DNA of 33,144 nt from contig JAQSYS010000001.1 of assembly GCA_029256005.1 (NCBI GenBank), positions 1-33,144 on the forward strand, written 5' to 3'. Under the pieces are notes generated by a model that saw only the letters and a program-made list of their open reading frames with translations, searched no databases and was not told the origin of the DNA. This document shows, piece by piece, positions 1 to 8,545 of this stretch. This stretch comes from Sedimentibacter sp. Lineage in GTDB: Bacteria > Bacillota > Clostridia > Tissierellales > Sedimentibacteraceae. Every line of letters starts with the position of its first letter. Positions within the stretch are counted from its first letter, which is position 1. Made by a program: the position numbers and the translations under genes.

Positions 1-244
1 CATTGGTTTATTGAATTTGTAAATTCCTAGTCCTATAGGTTTTTTAATAGTTAGTGTGATTTTATGGCGATACTCCCCGTATCGCCTTATTTATTTTATA
101 CCCTTTTAAAATGCATTTAAACCAACTTTTTTTAAAAAATGTGTCACAAAAATGTGCTAAAATATTTTTTTCAACATAGCTTAAAACACCAATAAACGAC
201 CCCATGTAACACATCTGTAACACTATCAATCTAAAATTCAACAT

Positions 245-267
245 AAAAAAAGGGGCTGACAGCCCCT
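245..267 (-). terminator. Intrinsic terminator after 282..731
   Basis: AGGGGCT-GAC-AGCCCCT hairpin followed by a T7 run on the minus strand. Confidence 0.8.
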
Positions 268-281
268 AAACTCAATATTCC

Positions 282-731
282 TTACTTTAGCAAGTGTAGC
301 TTCCTTTTGTCTAGAAATTTTTGATATGCTTCTTCCTTTTCTTCTGCCTTGCTTTTCTTTTTAGTCGCTGGTTTTTTTTCCTCTGTACCTTTCAATACTT
401 CACGAATAATTTGAGGGGGGCTTAGCTTCCTAAAATCGTCAATCAATTGATAAATATTCAAATCTTTGGGAAAGGTTGACCGACTATATTTTATTTTATA
501 CGCTTTAATTCCCTCCTCAATAGTATTAAACATGTCAATCACTTCATCATGTTCGACTTCTACCGTTGTCTTTACTTCTGTTCTTTTAGCTTCATTTACT
601 ACTTGCTTTAAAGCTTTATGAAGCCTTGCGATGTTAGAGGTATTACAATCAACGCTGTACAATTTTGACACTGCTGTCAATCTAGAAACGGTCAAATCTT
701 CTAAGTTCCTAGCGATTTCATTATTATTCAT
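282..731 (-). CDS. Hypothetical basic protein (149 aa; start re-called at ATG 731)
   Basis: ATG preceded by an A-rich tract, upstream host promoter, downstream terminator; Lys-rich C-terminus. Confidence 0.7.
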   Translation of the reverse strand: MNNNEIARNLEDLTVSRLTAVSKLYSVDCNTSNIARLHKALKQVVNEAKRTEVKTTVEVEHDEVIDMFNTIEEGIKAYKIKYSRSTFPKDLNIYQLIDDFRKLSPPQIIREVLKGTEEKKPATKKKSKAEEKEEAYQKFLDKRKLHLLK

Positions 732-868
732 TTTTTTAAAATTATAACTGTTGGGGTATAACAATAAAATATAACAAGCACCCCAACACGGCTACATTAT
801 AATTCACACTTTAATAAAATCATTGTTTTGTTTTTTGTCTTGTTTTCAGTAACTGGCGTTACCATAAG

Positions 869-900
869 CAAATATACTAAAAAACAGGCATATAGGCAAA
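869..900 (-). promoter_or_regulatory. Bacteroidota sigma-70 promoter (-33 TTTG / -7 TATATTTG)
   Basis: Minus strand TTTG (897-900), 20-nt spacer, TATATTTG (869-876). Confidence 0.65.
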
Positions 901-986
901 TCTTAGTAAATAAGGAGTTTTAAGAGATTTGAATATTAACATAAAATATGTATTTTATCGAGTAATTAATAATAGCCCCTATTCTC

Positions 987-1715
987 ATGGATAAAAAATC
1001 AGGTTCTTGGTTTACTAGGTTTAAACATAAAAATGAAAATTTAGCTCTTATTTTTGTTGGACTGTTTATTATTTCTACGATTGTGTTTGTTGTTGCAATA
1101 GCTAATAACCATCCTTGGATTACTTTTAAATTTAATCCAGAAGAATATGGAACTGTATCCGATTGGGTAATGGTCATTGTTACACTAGTAACAGCAGTAT
1201 TTTTGTATCAAACATTACGCTCTCAAATGACGGTTCAGAGAGACCAAAATCGAATTTCTAAAATTGAAGAATTAAAATATATTAGGGAGATACGACCAAC
1301 TATTAGTTTTATACAGTCTCATCGTAAAATTTGGAAAAACCTTGTGAACGACCACATTGATAATAAGCTATTAGCTATCGATTTAACAGTTACCATTACC
1401 ACTAATAAAACCTGTAGATTATCTTACCACGTTTTTACAAAGACCAAATCCTATCATAATTCTTTACCAAGACTGTTTAATGTTAGTGAAAATTCTACCA
1501 ATTCAATATCTTTTTCATTGAGGTTGGATGTTAAAGAGTATAATGATAACAAACCAGACATCGAAAATCTTATGTTTAAAGTCAAATATTTTGATTCCGA
1601 TGGAAATGAATATTTACGTACCTACGAAATGAGCTTCTCCTATATCGGTGGCGCTGAATATGTTCTTCTTAATATTGTTAATAATGATGACGAAATAGTC
1701 AAACTTGTACTCTAA
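987..1715 (+). CDS. Moron: membrane protein, two N-terminal TM helices plus soluble domain
   Basis: 242-aa ORF; hydrophobic segments LALIFVGLFIISTIVFVVAI and WVMVIVTLVTAVFLY; convergent with holin. Confidence 0.8.
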   Translation: MDKKSGSWFTRFKHKNENLALIFVGLFIISTIVFVVAIANNHPWITFKFNPEEYGTVSDWVMVIVTLVTAVFLYQTLRSQMTVQRDQNRISKIEELKYIREIRPTISFIQSHRKIWKNLVNDHIDNKLLAIDLTVTITTNKTCRLSYHVFTKTKSYHNSLPRLFNVSENSTNSISFSLRLDVKEYNDNKPDIENLMFKVKYFDSDGNEYLRTYEMSFSYIGGAEYVLLNIVNNDDEIVKLVL

Positions 1716-2164
1716 GGATTATTAATTTCATTGTTTTTTGTCCAACTCCCCAAATATCGTTTCAATTTATCTACAATTCGTACTCCTGTATAACGCTCAA
1801 CCGTTGCAACAATTCCTAATAATTCCGCAATAATGGGAATAGCAATGACCATCTTAAATAGTTCAAATGCTTCTTTTATCAGGTGCATTTGTACACTGTT
1901 AACGGTTATTACTAGCACGGAATACATTATCAATTTGACTATGAAAGGTTTTGTTACATCCCATACTTTTGTCGTCTGCTTGTCTGCTTTAAAAAACCAT
2001 ACTCCTAAATCCATGAGGTAATCAACCGAAACCAAGAATATTAATAAAATATACAGCTCGTATACAGGGGCAAAAAAGGCTGAAATAAATAATATTAGCT
2101 TACTTATCAATGATGAAGTTAGAAAGGAGTTGATTACCTCTTTTATAATTTTTAAAATATCCAT
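1712..2164 (-). CDS. Holin (phage holin family 4-like)
   Basis: 150 aa with 3-4 hydrophobic helices, E-x-x-x-I-x-x-x-x-E-x-x-x-G pattern and basic C-terminus; 2 nt downstream of endolysin. Confidence 0.8.
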   Translation of the reverse strand: MDILKIIKEVINSFLTSSLISKLILFISAFFAPVYELYILLIFLVSVDYLMDLGVWFFKADKQTTKVWDVTKPFIVKLIMYSVLVITVNSVQMHLIKEAFELFKMVIAIPIIAELLGIVATVERYTGVRIVDKLKRYLGSWTKNNEINNP

Positions 2165-2166
2165 TG

Positions 2167-2688
2167 TTACCCTCCTATCTTAATATACTTTATACCATTA
2201 TTGATAATAACATCATTGGCGTTGTATTTGGCTATGGCTTGGTTAATCGTCAATCCAAACGTCTTTTCAAAGTGTGGTGAATCTTTAAAATTCCTAAAGT
2301 CACCACCCCAAAACCATCCTTTGGATTTGAAATAATTAACAACCATCATAAAATATTTATCTTCATTCCAACTTGCAGTTTCAAAGGTGCCATTGCCGTC
2401 TTTATCATAGAGAATTACAATGTCAAATGCAAGTCCGTAATTATGCCATGAAGAACCGCTGTTTGCATTCGTCACAATCTTACCTTTGGTGGTTCGACCT
2501 TGTGCGTAAAGTGCATTTTGCTCTTCAAATGTTCTTAATGTATGGGTAAATCTCAATCGTACACCTTTAGGTAATTTTGTATTGATTTCTAAATATTGAT
2601 TTCTTAGTTCGTCTCTTAATGAAGGGTGCATTAGGTTTATTCTATTGAGCGTAATTGAGTCCGCCCATTGAAGTTTTTTATCTTCCAT
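2167..2688 (-). CDS. Endolysin, M15 family L-Ala-D-Glu peptidase (Ply500/CwlK-like); start re-called at ATG 2688
   Basis: Motifs R-T-F-E-E-Q-N-A-L-Y-A-Q-G-R-T, S-W-H-N-Y-G-L-A-F-D, W-G-G-D-F, D-S-P-H-F-E. Confidence 0.93.
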   Translation of the reverse strand: MEDKKLQWADSITLNRINLMHPSLRDELRNQYLEINTKLPKGVRLRFTHTLRTFEEQNALYAQGRTTKGKIVTNANSGSSWHNYGLAFDIVILYDKDGNGTFETASWNEDKYFMMVVNYFKSKGWFWGGDFRNFKDSPHFEKTFGLTINQAIAKYNANDVIINNGIKYIKIGG

Positions 2689-2696
2689 TTTTTCCA

Positions 2697-2707
2697 ATAA
2701 ATATTGG
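2697..2707 (-). promoter_or_regulatory. Late motif CCAATATTTAT copy 1 (endolysin)
   Basis: Exact 11-mer 8 nt upstream of ATG 2688. Confidence 0.8.
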
Positions 2708-2915
2708 ACTGACGGCCAAAAGCACGGAGAAAAGTAAAATAAATTAGTTTCACTTATAAAAGGGAGATTGCCGTCTAAAACGGACTACATAAGAAGCCAT
2801 ATAAGGCATTATTTACAACATTTAATATCATTAATCCATATCGATACAAAACCCCTTAAAAGGCTTTATTTATCTTTATATAGAAAGGGTAAAAATTGAT
2901 TGGTAATAAGGCTAA

Positions 2916-3158
2916 TTATTTGATTGTTTCAACGGTTAAAAGCTTTTCAATTGGGGTATCTAAAGCTTTGGCAATGGCAAATGCTGTACTGATTGAACAA
3001 TTTACTTTTCCTCTCTCAATGGTGCTTATCGCTCCATATTCAACATCACACACTAAAGCTAATTCATTCATAGTCAACCCTTTTTCCAAACGAAATCTCC
3101 TCACATTTTGTCCAAATGCGGTTATTAATTCTTCGTTCCGTGGGTTCCTCATTGCCAT
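2916..3158 (-). CDS. XRE-family (Cro/CI-type) HTH transcriptional regulator
   Basis: FGQNVRRFRLEKGLTMNELA...ISTIERG...IAKALDTPIEKLL matches the HTH_3 pattern. Confidence 0.92.
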   Translation of the reverse strand: MAMRNPRNEELITAFGQNVRRFRLEKGLTMNELALVCDVEYGAISTIERGKVNCSISTAFAIAKALDTPIEKLLTVETIK

Positions 3159-3183
3159 TAGAACAAAAATTGGGATAATATAT

Positions 3184-3214
3184 TTTGAATTATATACGAC
3201 ATGTCGTACATTTG
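3184..3214 (+). promoter_or_regulatory. Host promoter overlapped by perfect 14-bp palindrome TACGACATGTCGTA (3195-3208), probable XRE operator
   Basis: TTTG 3184-3187, 19-nt spacer, TACATTTG 3207-3214; palindrome lies between divergent genes. Confidence 0.75.
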
Positions 3215-3234
3215 AAATTAAAATTTAAGTCATT

Positions 3235-3528
3235 ATGAAGAGAAAAATATTAACCTACACGCTCATAGGAGTCGTATGCTTATTGGCATCTTGCTCAAAA
3301 AATAATCCACAAGATTTAGCAAAGGAAGTATGTGATTGTTATCGCAAAATGCACCAGATAGCCAATCAAACAGGAAGATTAGAACAACTAGCTCGTTGCC
3401 AAACACTCCAACAATCCAACATGGCAACTCTTGAACGAGTCGGAGTAAATAAAAATTGGACTGACGAACAAGTTAAAAGTGCTAGAGACCAATTTGATAA
3501 GGTCATTGAAAACTGTAGTAACAAATAA
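3235..3528 (+). CDS. Small Cys-containing lipoprotein
   Basis: Signal peptide MKRK-hydrophobic-LASC lipobox; further Cys residues (CDC, C, C). Confidence 0.85.
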   Translation: MKRKILTYTLIGVVCLLASCSKNNPQDLAKEVCDCYRKMHQIANQTGRLEQLARCQTLQQSNMATLERVGVNKNWTDEQVKSARDQFDKVIENCSNK

Positions 3529-3529
3529 T

Positions 3530-4045
3530 ATGGAACTATTAGGCAACGAAAAAGAGGTTTTAACTATCCAAATCAATCACGAAAGATTTAAGTTAACAGA
3601 CAAAAGACTGCTATATAAAAATGGCTCCCAAGAAGCCTTCATAGGTATCAATGAGGTACGTGGAGCGAATTTGACCGAGCAAGAAGGCAAACAGTATACT
3701 TACAATTACAGTTCCTCCAAAGTTGCAATCGGTACTACTGTCGTGGCTTGTCTAATTATATTCGTATACAATGTATTAGCTAATGACGATGGGGGTATCA
3801 GTGGTGCAATTGTTGGTTCTATTGGGGGGAGTTTTTTCGGAATTTTCTACGGTATTGCAATTGGGGCAATAGTGGGCTTAATAGCTTATATTATCCAAGA
3901 ATTGAGCGCAAACAAAGTCAAATTGGTGCATTTCACGATAACACAAAAAGACGGTAATTATTGGTATGACGGCCTTCGAAGCGACAGCCATCGCCAAGCA
4001 TTAAACAAATTAAAAGAACATATCAATTCCTGCATCTACCAGTAG
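3530..4045 (+). CDS. Membrane protein with Gly-rich TM hairpin (start re-called at ATG 3530)
   Basis: ATG 1 nt after the lipoprotein stop; hydrophobic GxxxG-rich stretch. Confidence 0.8.
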   Translation: MELLGNEKEVLTIQINHERFKLTDKRLLYKNGSQEAFIGINEVRGANLTEQEGKQYTYNYSSSKVAIGTTVVACLIIFVYNVLANDDGGISGAIVGSIGGSFFGIFYGIAIGAIVGLIAYIIQELSANKVKLVHFTITQKDGNYWYDGLRSDSHRQALNKLKEHINSCIYQ

Positions 4046-4049
4046 CATA

Positions 4050-4075
4050 AAAGCCCCTTAGTTATGAGGGGCTTT
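4050..4075. terminator. Bidirectional intrinsic terminator
   Basis: AAAGCCCCT-N8-AGGGGCTTT between convergent genes. Confidence 0.75.
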
Positions 4076-4409
4076 GTATTTTTATTGATTTACTAGCTTG
4101 AAATCCCGTTCTTAATCGGCCGTATTCTTCCAGAACGAATAATAAGTACTTTTGGAGCGATTTACTTTGCTTTTTGGAGATGGTGAAACTAAAATCTGTC
4201 CCAAAACTATAAGGATTTTGTTTACTATTTAACTCTCCCCATACCTTATTCCATCTATTTTTCGTATCATCATCGCCCACAGTTTTTGAAGCAAAATATG
4301 CTGTTTCCCAATGGCTTTCATTTTCAACAAATGAATCTCTAGCATTTCTAACATCCAAAAAAAGAACGTCATGTAGTTTTACTAGCTTTTCTCTATAATA
4401 TGTACTCAT
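4062..4409 (-). CDS. Hypothetical protein (start re-called at ATG 4409, MSTYYREK)
   Basis: ATG 5 nt after the stop of 4415..4606. Confidence 0.65.
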   Translation of the reverse strand: MSTYYREKLVKLHDVLFLDVRNARDSFVENESHWETAYFASKTVGDDDTKNRWNKVWGELNSKQNPYSFGTDFSFTISKKQSKSLQKYLLFVLEEYGRLRTGFQASKSIKIQSPS

Positions 4410-4414
4410 ACATC

Positions 4415-4606
4415 CTAATTTGTATCCATCCTTCTTTCCACGTTTACAATTTCCCAATCATTACCATATAATTCTGCTGTAATCTTCCAGTTTGAATTTT
4501 GATGATTAAATAAAAACGATAACCTATCTCTTTTCTCATTCGCAACCAGTTTGTCTAAGGTTGGTTTCGCTAATCTCGCTACCTCTTCATTGCTTAAATT
4601 TCCCAT
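4415..4606 (-). CDS. Small hypothetical protein (63 aa)
   Basis: ATG with A-rich leader and an upstream SOS-box-like site. Confidence 0.65.
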   Translation of the reverse strand: MGNLSNEEVARLAKPTLDKLVANEKRDRLSFLFNHQNSNWKITAELYGNDWEIVNVERRMDTN

Positions 4607-4633
4607 ATTTACTAAATTAAATTAATACTAAAT

Positions 4634-4650
4634 TACTAAAAATACTAGCA
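4634..4650. promoter_or_regulatory. CTAA-N5-TTAG-like palindrome (one mismatch), candidate Bacteroidota SOS box
   Basis: TACTAA-AAATA-CTAGCA; near-identical to 16854-16870. Confidence 0.5.
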
Positions 4651-4685
4651 ATCACATACAAGAGATTGAATGTAAGTTCTCCACA

Positions 4686-5114
4686 TTATTGATTTAGCAA
4701 TATATTCAAACAGTTATTGCGAAATGAATTAAAAGTGACAGTAAATACGTTCCCCGAACACATGTCTCCGAAATTGTCGCTAAAAGGAACAACCGAGACA
4801 TTACCGTTAATTTCTAAATCGTTGTGATTTTCGAGGAATTTTAAAAAATCCTGTGCTATCTCATTGGTAGCGTCGATAACGTCAAATTCCGTAATCTCGT
4901 CCGATAAGTCCATAATTGCAAATTCCCAAATCGTTGCATTATCATTACCTGCATTAAAATTTGACTTCACGTATTCGAAGTTCAACAATGGGTATTGAAG
5001 TTTTCTGTAAGTCGCTAATTTATCACTATCCCCGAATTTTACATCATTTACCATCGGATGTTGAGCAAAATATTCTTCAATAATATTTCTAATATATTTA
5101 AGGTTTCTAACCAT
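4686..5114 (-). CDS. Putative tail completion/terminator protein
   Basis: 142 aa, acidic, Y-P-L motif; overlaps adaptor gene at the end of the head operon; positional inference. Confidence 0.6.
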   Translation of the reverse strand: MVRNLKYIRNIIEEYFAQHPMVNDVKFGDSDKLATYRKLQYPLLNFEYVKSNFNAGNDNATIWEFAIMDLSDEITEFDVIDATNEIAQDFLKFLENHNDLEINGNVSVVPFSDNFGDMCSGNVFTVTFNSFRNNCLNILLNQ

Positions 5115-5670
5115 AATACCCCCTCCTATAATAGTTTACTTTGCTTGCTCTTTCTCTATAGTATTGTGATGAATAGTCGATATTGTCACCCAAATAAATG
5201 TTCATGCTGTTGAATGTACTGTCAGCATCTATTGATGTATTTGTTGTTTCATCTTTGTCAGTTGCAAAATATTTGATAAGGCGTGTCTTATAACCATCCA
5301 TTTTTTGTTTTACTGTCTGGACCGCTGAATCTTTATCTTTAATTGGTAAAGCGGATAAGCTTGCATCAGTGCTGACATTGATACCTTTATTATTGATTTT
5401 TAAGTGCAAATAATCGATTCCATACGCTATAGTAGCATATATCAAAAACGGCTCAATAACTTCATCAAGAACATAATTGTCTGTATCTGTTGTGCTATCT
5501 TCTGCAATCTTGGTTCTCATTGATGCTATATATTCAGCACCAATAAGCGGTTCTAACTCCAAATCGGTTGCTTCATTCAATGCTATTTGAATGATATTTT
5601 CGTCAATGTTTTTTGGCAAAACACTATTGTTTTTTATTGATTGTATTGATATTAAATTTACTTTGTCCAT
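5107..5670 (-). CDS. Putative head-tail adaptor (start re-called at ATG 5670)
   Basis: Directly after portal; N-I-D-x-x-x-I-x-x-A-x-x-x-A-x-x-x-x-L-x-P-L-I-G pattern typical of Bacteroidota phage adaptors. Confidence 0.65.
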   Translation of the reverse strand: MDKVNLISIQSIKNNSVLPKNIDENIIQIALNEATDLELEPLIGAEYIASMRTKIAEDSTTDTDNYVLDEVIEPFLIYATIAYGIDYLHLKINNKGINVSTDASLSALPIKDKDSAVQTVKQKMDGYKTRLIKYFATDKDETTNTSIDADSTFNSMNIYLGDNIDYSSQYYRERASKVNYYRRGYYG

Positions 5671-5672
5671 TG

Positions 5673-7541
5673 TTATATTTTGATTGTTTTCACAGGTACC
5701 CACGTATGGCGACAATGTTTATTTACAACGCCTGTCTTTTTATTTTTCCAATATCCTCCGCAATGTTCCATCACATTATATCCGAATGCAAGTGAAAATT
5801 TTTGAATGTCCGATGCACTGAAATACTTGTTAGAATTAATTACAGCTTCACAAAAGTGTCTTGTTGTTGGGATAATTGTATTACCGTCAGCATCATCTCT
5901 TTTTTGATAATCATACCATACCTCAATTTTATTAGCATTGTTAATGCTTGACGGTGCAGTATGGATTATGTTATTTGCTGTATTGGTTTTTGCATTAATC
6001 AACCCTGCATTTTTAAGCAATTCTATCGCATTCTGTACCTCTTGCTTTGTGATATTTTGGTTCAGTTCTTTACCAATTTTGATAGCAATTTCATCAAGTG
6101 CCATACCCTCAATCTTGTTGTCTAACAAATACTCTTCAATTGAATTGTAATTTGATGCAAAATCATAATGACCACACCCCGAAAATTTAGCTTTACCAAT
6201 TAATACAAATTCCTCTTTGTTCGTGCCTAAATGCTTTACTTTCTCGAAGTCCTCAATTGTAGCTGAATAAGATTCTATTTCATCGTCATCTTTTTTTTTA
6301 TCATCGGAAAATGATTTGTTAGTAGCTAACATTAAAGATTGATTAATTGTCAACAACTTATCACCATCAGCTAACGGCTCTAAGCCTGCTTCACTTCTAA
6401 GTTCATTTAAGGTCATTATCTTTTCTTTAGTGGCTGAATCCAATTCAGGTTTGAAAAGTCTTTCTTTATCTTTAAGGTCAATGATTGGCAATCGGTCATC
6501 GGCCTGGAATAATTTATTAAATGCGTTAACAATCTCAATACGCTTGTCTTTCACGTAATTGTTTTTAAATAATTGATATGCAATTTCAAGTTCTGCACCA
6601 TTACCCCCTAAAGTATTACCTTCGTTCTCAACACCAAATAAAATTGATGATGTTGCTTGGTGTGCTGATAAGATATTACGTTCAGTTTTCTTGATTACTT
6701 CAATTAGTTTACTTGCATAATCGTCCGCTTCAATGGTGTCTATTTCCATAGCTTGCCCTTGTGGCGAATTGAATTCCACAAGCAAATTTTCACCATCTGC
6801 ACCCGAAAATATATCACGGAATTTTTTAGTTATAATGCGTTGTTGGTCTTCTGATACCTGACCGTTAAAAGTCTTGATAACTTTAGTTAATGAAAATCCA
6901 TTTGCAACGTTATTTTTGAAAAGCGTTGTGACTAACATGTCTGTAACCGCTGATTCGATACATTTATAATCGGCTGTCGGATATGTGTTATTCACACTTA
7001 CATTGTATGAGTTAAAATAAAATATTTTAGGTTCTGTTGAATCGTTCGACTTTGGAAAATACTTTGGATAAGACAATACAGTCCTTGGTGTATTTTTCCA
7101 ATCTTTGTTAACAAAAAAGGTTGTTTTTGAATTGTTCAAACGTACATGATGTAGCGGAACATGATAGTAATTAAAAGGCTCGCCCAATTGGTTAAATGTA
7201 ACTTCAACAGCAAAAGCATTAAAGTAAACCAAGTCATTAATACATTTTTTAATCAATTCCGATAGGGAATCATCTTCATTAACTTGGATTTCGTTCAAAA
7301 ACTCCCCTGATTTTTTATCGATTAGGCCATCACCATATATATAGTTTGATTTACTATTCAAAATTGAACCGTGTAACGATGATTTATCCGCAATATCAAT
7401 TAAAAAATTAGGATACAGATTGTCTTCTCCCCAGTTGACGTGTCTATCGTTATTGTTTTGTTTTGGTTCTATTGGTTGAGGAGTAATGAACCTCGCAAAG
7501 TTTTCTATTTTTATGTTATAATCGTTATTTTTTTCGTCCAT
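5673..7541 (-). CDS. Portal protein with C-terminal extension
   Basis: WGEDNLYP, SSLHGSILNSK...G, NELRSEAGLEPL portal motifs; extra ~220 aa with R-H-F-C and H-C-R-H-T-W. Confidence 0.88.
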   Translation of the reverse strand: MDEKNNDYNIKIENFARFITPQPIEPKQNNNDRHVNWGEDNLYPNFLIDIADKSSLHGSILNSKSNYIYGDGLIDKKSGEFLNEIQVNEDDSLSELIKKCINDLVYFNAFAVEVTFNQLGEPFNYYHVPLHHVRLNNSKTTFFVNKDWKNTPRTVLSYPKYFPKSNDSTEPKIFYFNSYNVSVNNTYPTADYKCIESAVTDMLVTTLFKNNVANGFSLTKVIKTFNGQVSEDQQRIITKKFRDIFSGADGENLLVEFNSPQGQAMEIDTIEADDYASKLIEVIKKTERNILSAHQATSSILFGVENEGNTLGGNGAELEIAYQLFKNNYVKDKRIEIVNAFNKLFQADDRLPIIDLKDKERLFKPELDSATKEKIMTLNELRSEAGLEPLADGDKLLTINQSLMLATNKSFSDDKKKDDDEIESYSATIEDFEKVKHLGTNKEEFVLIGKAKFSGCGHYDFASNYNSIEEYLLDNKIEGMALDEIAIKIGKELNQNITKQEVQNAIELLKNAGLINAKTNTANNIIHTAPSSINNANKIEVWYDYQKRDDADGNTIIPTTRHFCEAVINSNKYFSASDIQKFSLAFGYNVMEHCGGYWKNKKTGVVNKHCRHTWVPVKTIKI

Positions 7542-7851
7542 CTATTACTTTTCTTACTTCTGTTGGTCGCTCAATTGCGCCCTCTTGGTTCTCTCCGATG
7601 ACTCGGATGAATCCGCTATCAATTATTGAGCTGTTATACTCTAATTGATAGCTATATTTTCCTTCTTCTATCGCTCCAAATTCCTCTTTAACCTCAATAA
7701 ATCGAGCCGTTATTTTGGTCGGGATAATGGTAAATGATAATTCCTTATTAGATGATTCCTTTATTAACTTCAATGTGACCTCCCCCACTATTGTATATGG
7801 TGCGACATTGAAGAACAAGGAATTTGTAAGGAGTTTTTTATCTATAATCAT
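7525..7851 (-). CDS. Hypothetical virion protein (108 aa)
   Basis: Overlaps the portal start; has its own late motif. Confidence 0.75.
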   Translation of the reverse strand: MIIDKKLLTNSLFFNVAPYTIVGEVTLKLIKESSNKELSFTIIPTKITARFIEVKEEFGAIEEGKYSYQLEYNSSIIDSGFIRVIGENQEGAIERPTEVRKVIDGRKK

Positions 7852-7864
7852 CTCTTCTTTTGAA

Positions 7865-7875
7865 ATAAATATTGG
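7865..7875 (-). promoter_or_regulatory. Late motif CCAATATTTAT copy 2
   Basis: Exact 11-mer 13 nt upstream of ATG 7851, immediately after a terminator. Confidence 0.8.
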
Positions 7876-7881
7876 CTCAAT

Positions 7882-7906
7882 AAAAAAGGGGCTAGAAAAA
7901 GCCCCT
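7882..7906 (-). terminator. Intrinsic terminator after tail tube gene
   Basis: AGGGGCT-TTTTCT-AGCCCCT-TTTTT on the minus strand. Confidence 0.8.
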
Positions 7907-7948
7907 CCGAATAATTAAGTAATGAAAATTTTAAAATCTAATTTGGGA

Positions 7949-8473
7949 TTAGATTAATGTTGCTAAGATTGTTTTATCTAGCAACGGAATGGGACCGTAA
8001 GTTTCCCCACTGAACGATAATGTTCTGTTTAAATCCGTTGCTGATATTGTACCAACTGATTCTTTCAGCTGAATTGTCCCATCCAACCCTGAAATAACTA
8101 GCTCTGAATTAGCTAATTCTACAATAATTACAACTGGTTGACCTAGCAAATTTTTCGCTAGTTCATTCGCTTCTGCCGAATATCCTGTAACAGATGTTGA
8201 GTAGGAAAAATTACCAGTAATAACTCCATTGTCTGAAACTGACAACGTATCAGAAATACTATTTTGCTTAGTCTCGAAACCCATGTGAACGAATTTCTTT
8301 GATGTCTGTAAACCTACTTCGCTCACTTTGCCTGCCGTTATTGAGTAGACAGACGTTGAGCCTTCGATATTTTTTAAGTCTGAGTACGCTATCATATAAA
8401 TGTTTTTTGTACCACCTATAAGCTTCTCTCCGCATTGACGGACGTACCCAATCAAACTTGAACCACATGCCAT
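7949..8473 (-). CDS. Putative major tail (tube) protein
   Basis: 174 aa, beta-rich, MAC...C...GG-x-K-x-I-Y N-terminus typical of the gene after the capsid gene in Bacteroidota siphoviruses. Confidence 0.7.
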   Translation of the reverse strand: MACGSSLIGYVRQCGEKLIGGTKNIYMIAYSDLKNIEGSTSVYSITAGKVSEVGLQTSKKFVHMGFETKQNSISDTLSVSDNGVITGNFSYSTSVTGYSAEANELAKNLLGQPVVIIVELANSELVISGLDGTIQLKESVGTISATDLNRTLSFSGETYGPIPLLDKTILATLI

Positions 8474-8491
8474 ATTTTAATATTTTTATAT

Positions 8492-8524
8492 AAAAAAGGA
8501 TGGTGTTGTTATTGCACCACCCTT
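8492..8524 (-). terminator. Intrinsic terminator between capsid and tail tube genes
   Basis: GGGTGGTG-N9-CACCATCC-TTTTTT on the minus strand (one G-U pair). Confidence 0.7.
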
Positions 8525-8545
8525 ATATTTCAATTTTTAAGTAGC

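Noticed and set aside
1-244. Integrase/att site or the 60-aa ORF 62..244
   Set aside because: No recombinase motifs or boundary repeat seen; the ORF begins right after a terminator and looks non-coding
4062-4606. Frameshifted single gene (overlap of ORFs 4415..4606 and 4062..4457)
   Set aside because: An ATG at 4409 lies 5 nt after the first stop, so two separate genes is the simpler reading
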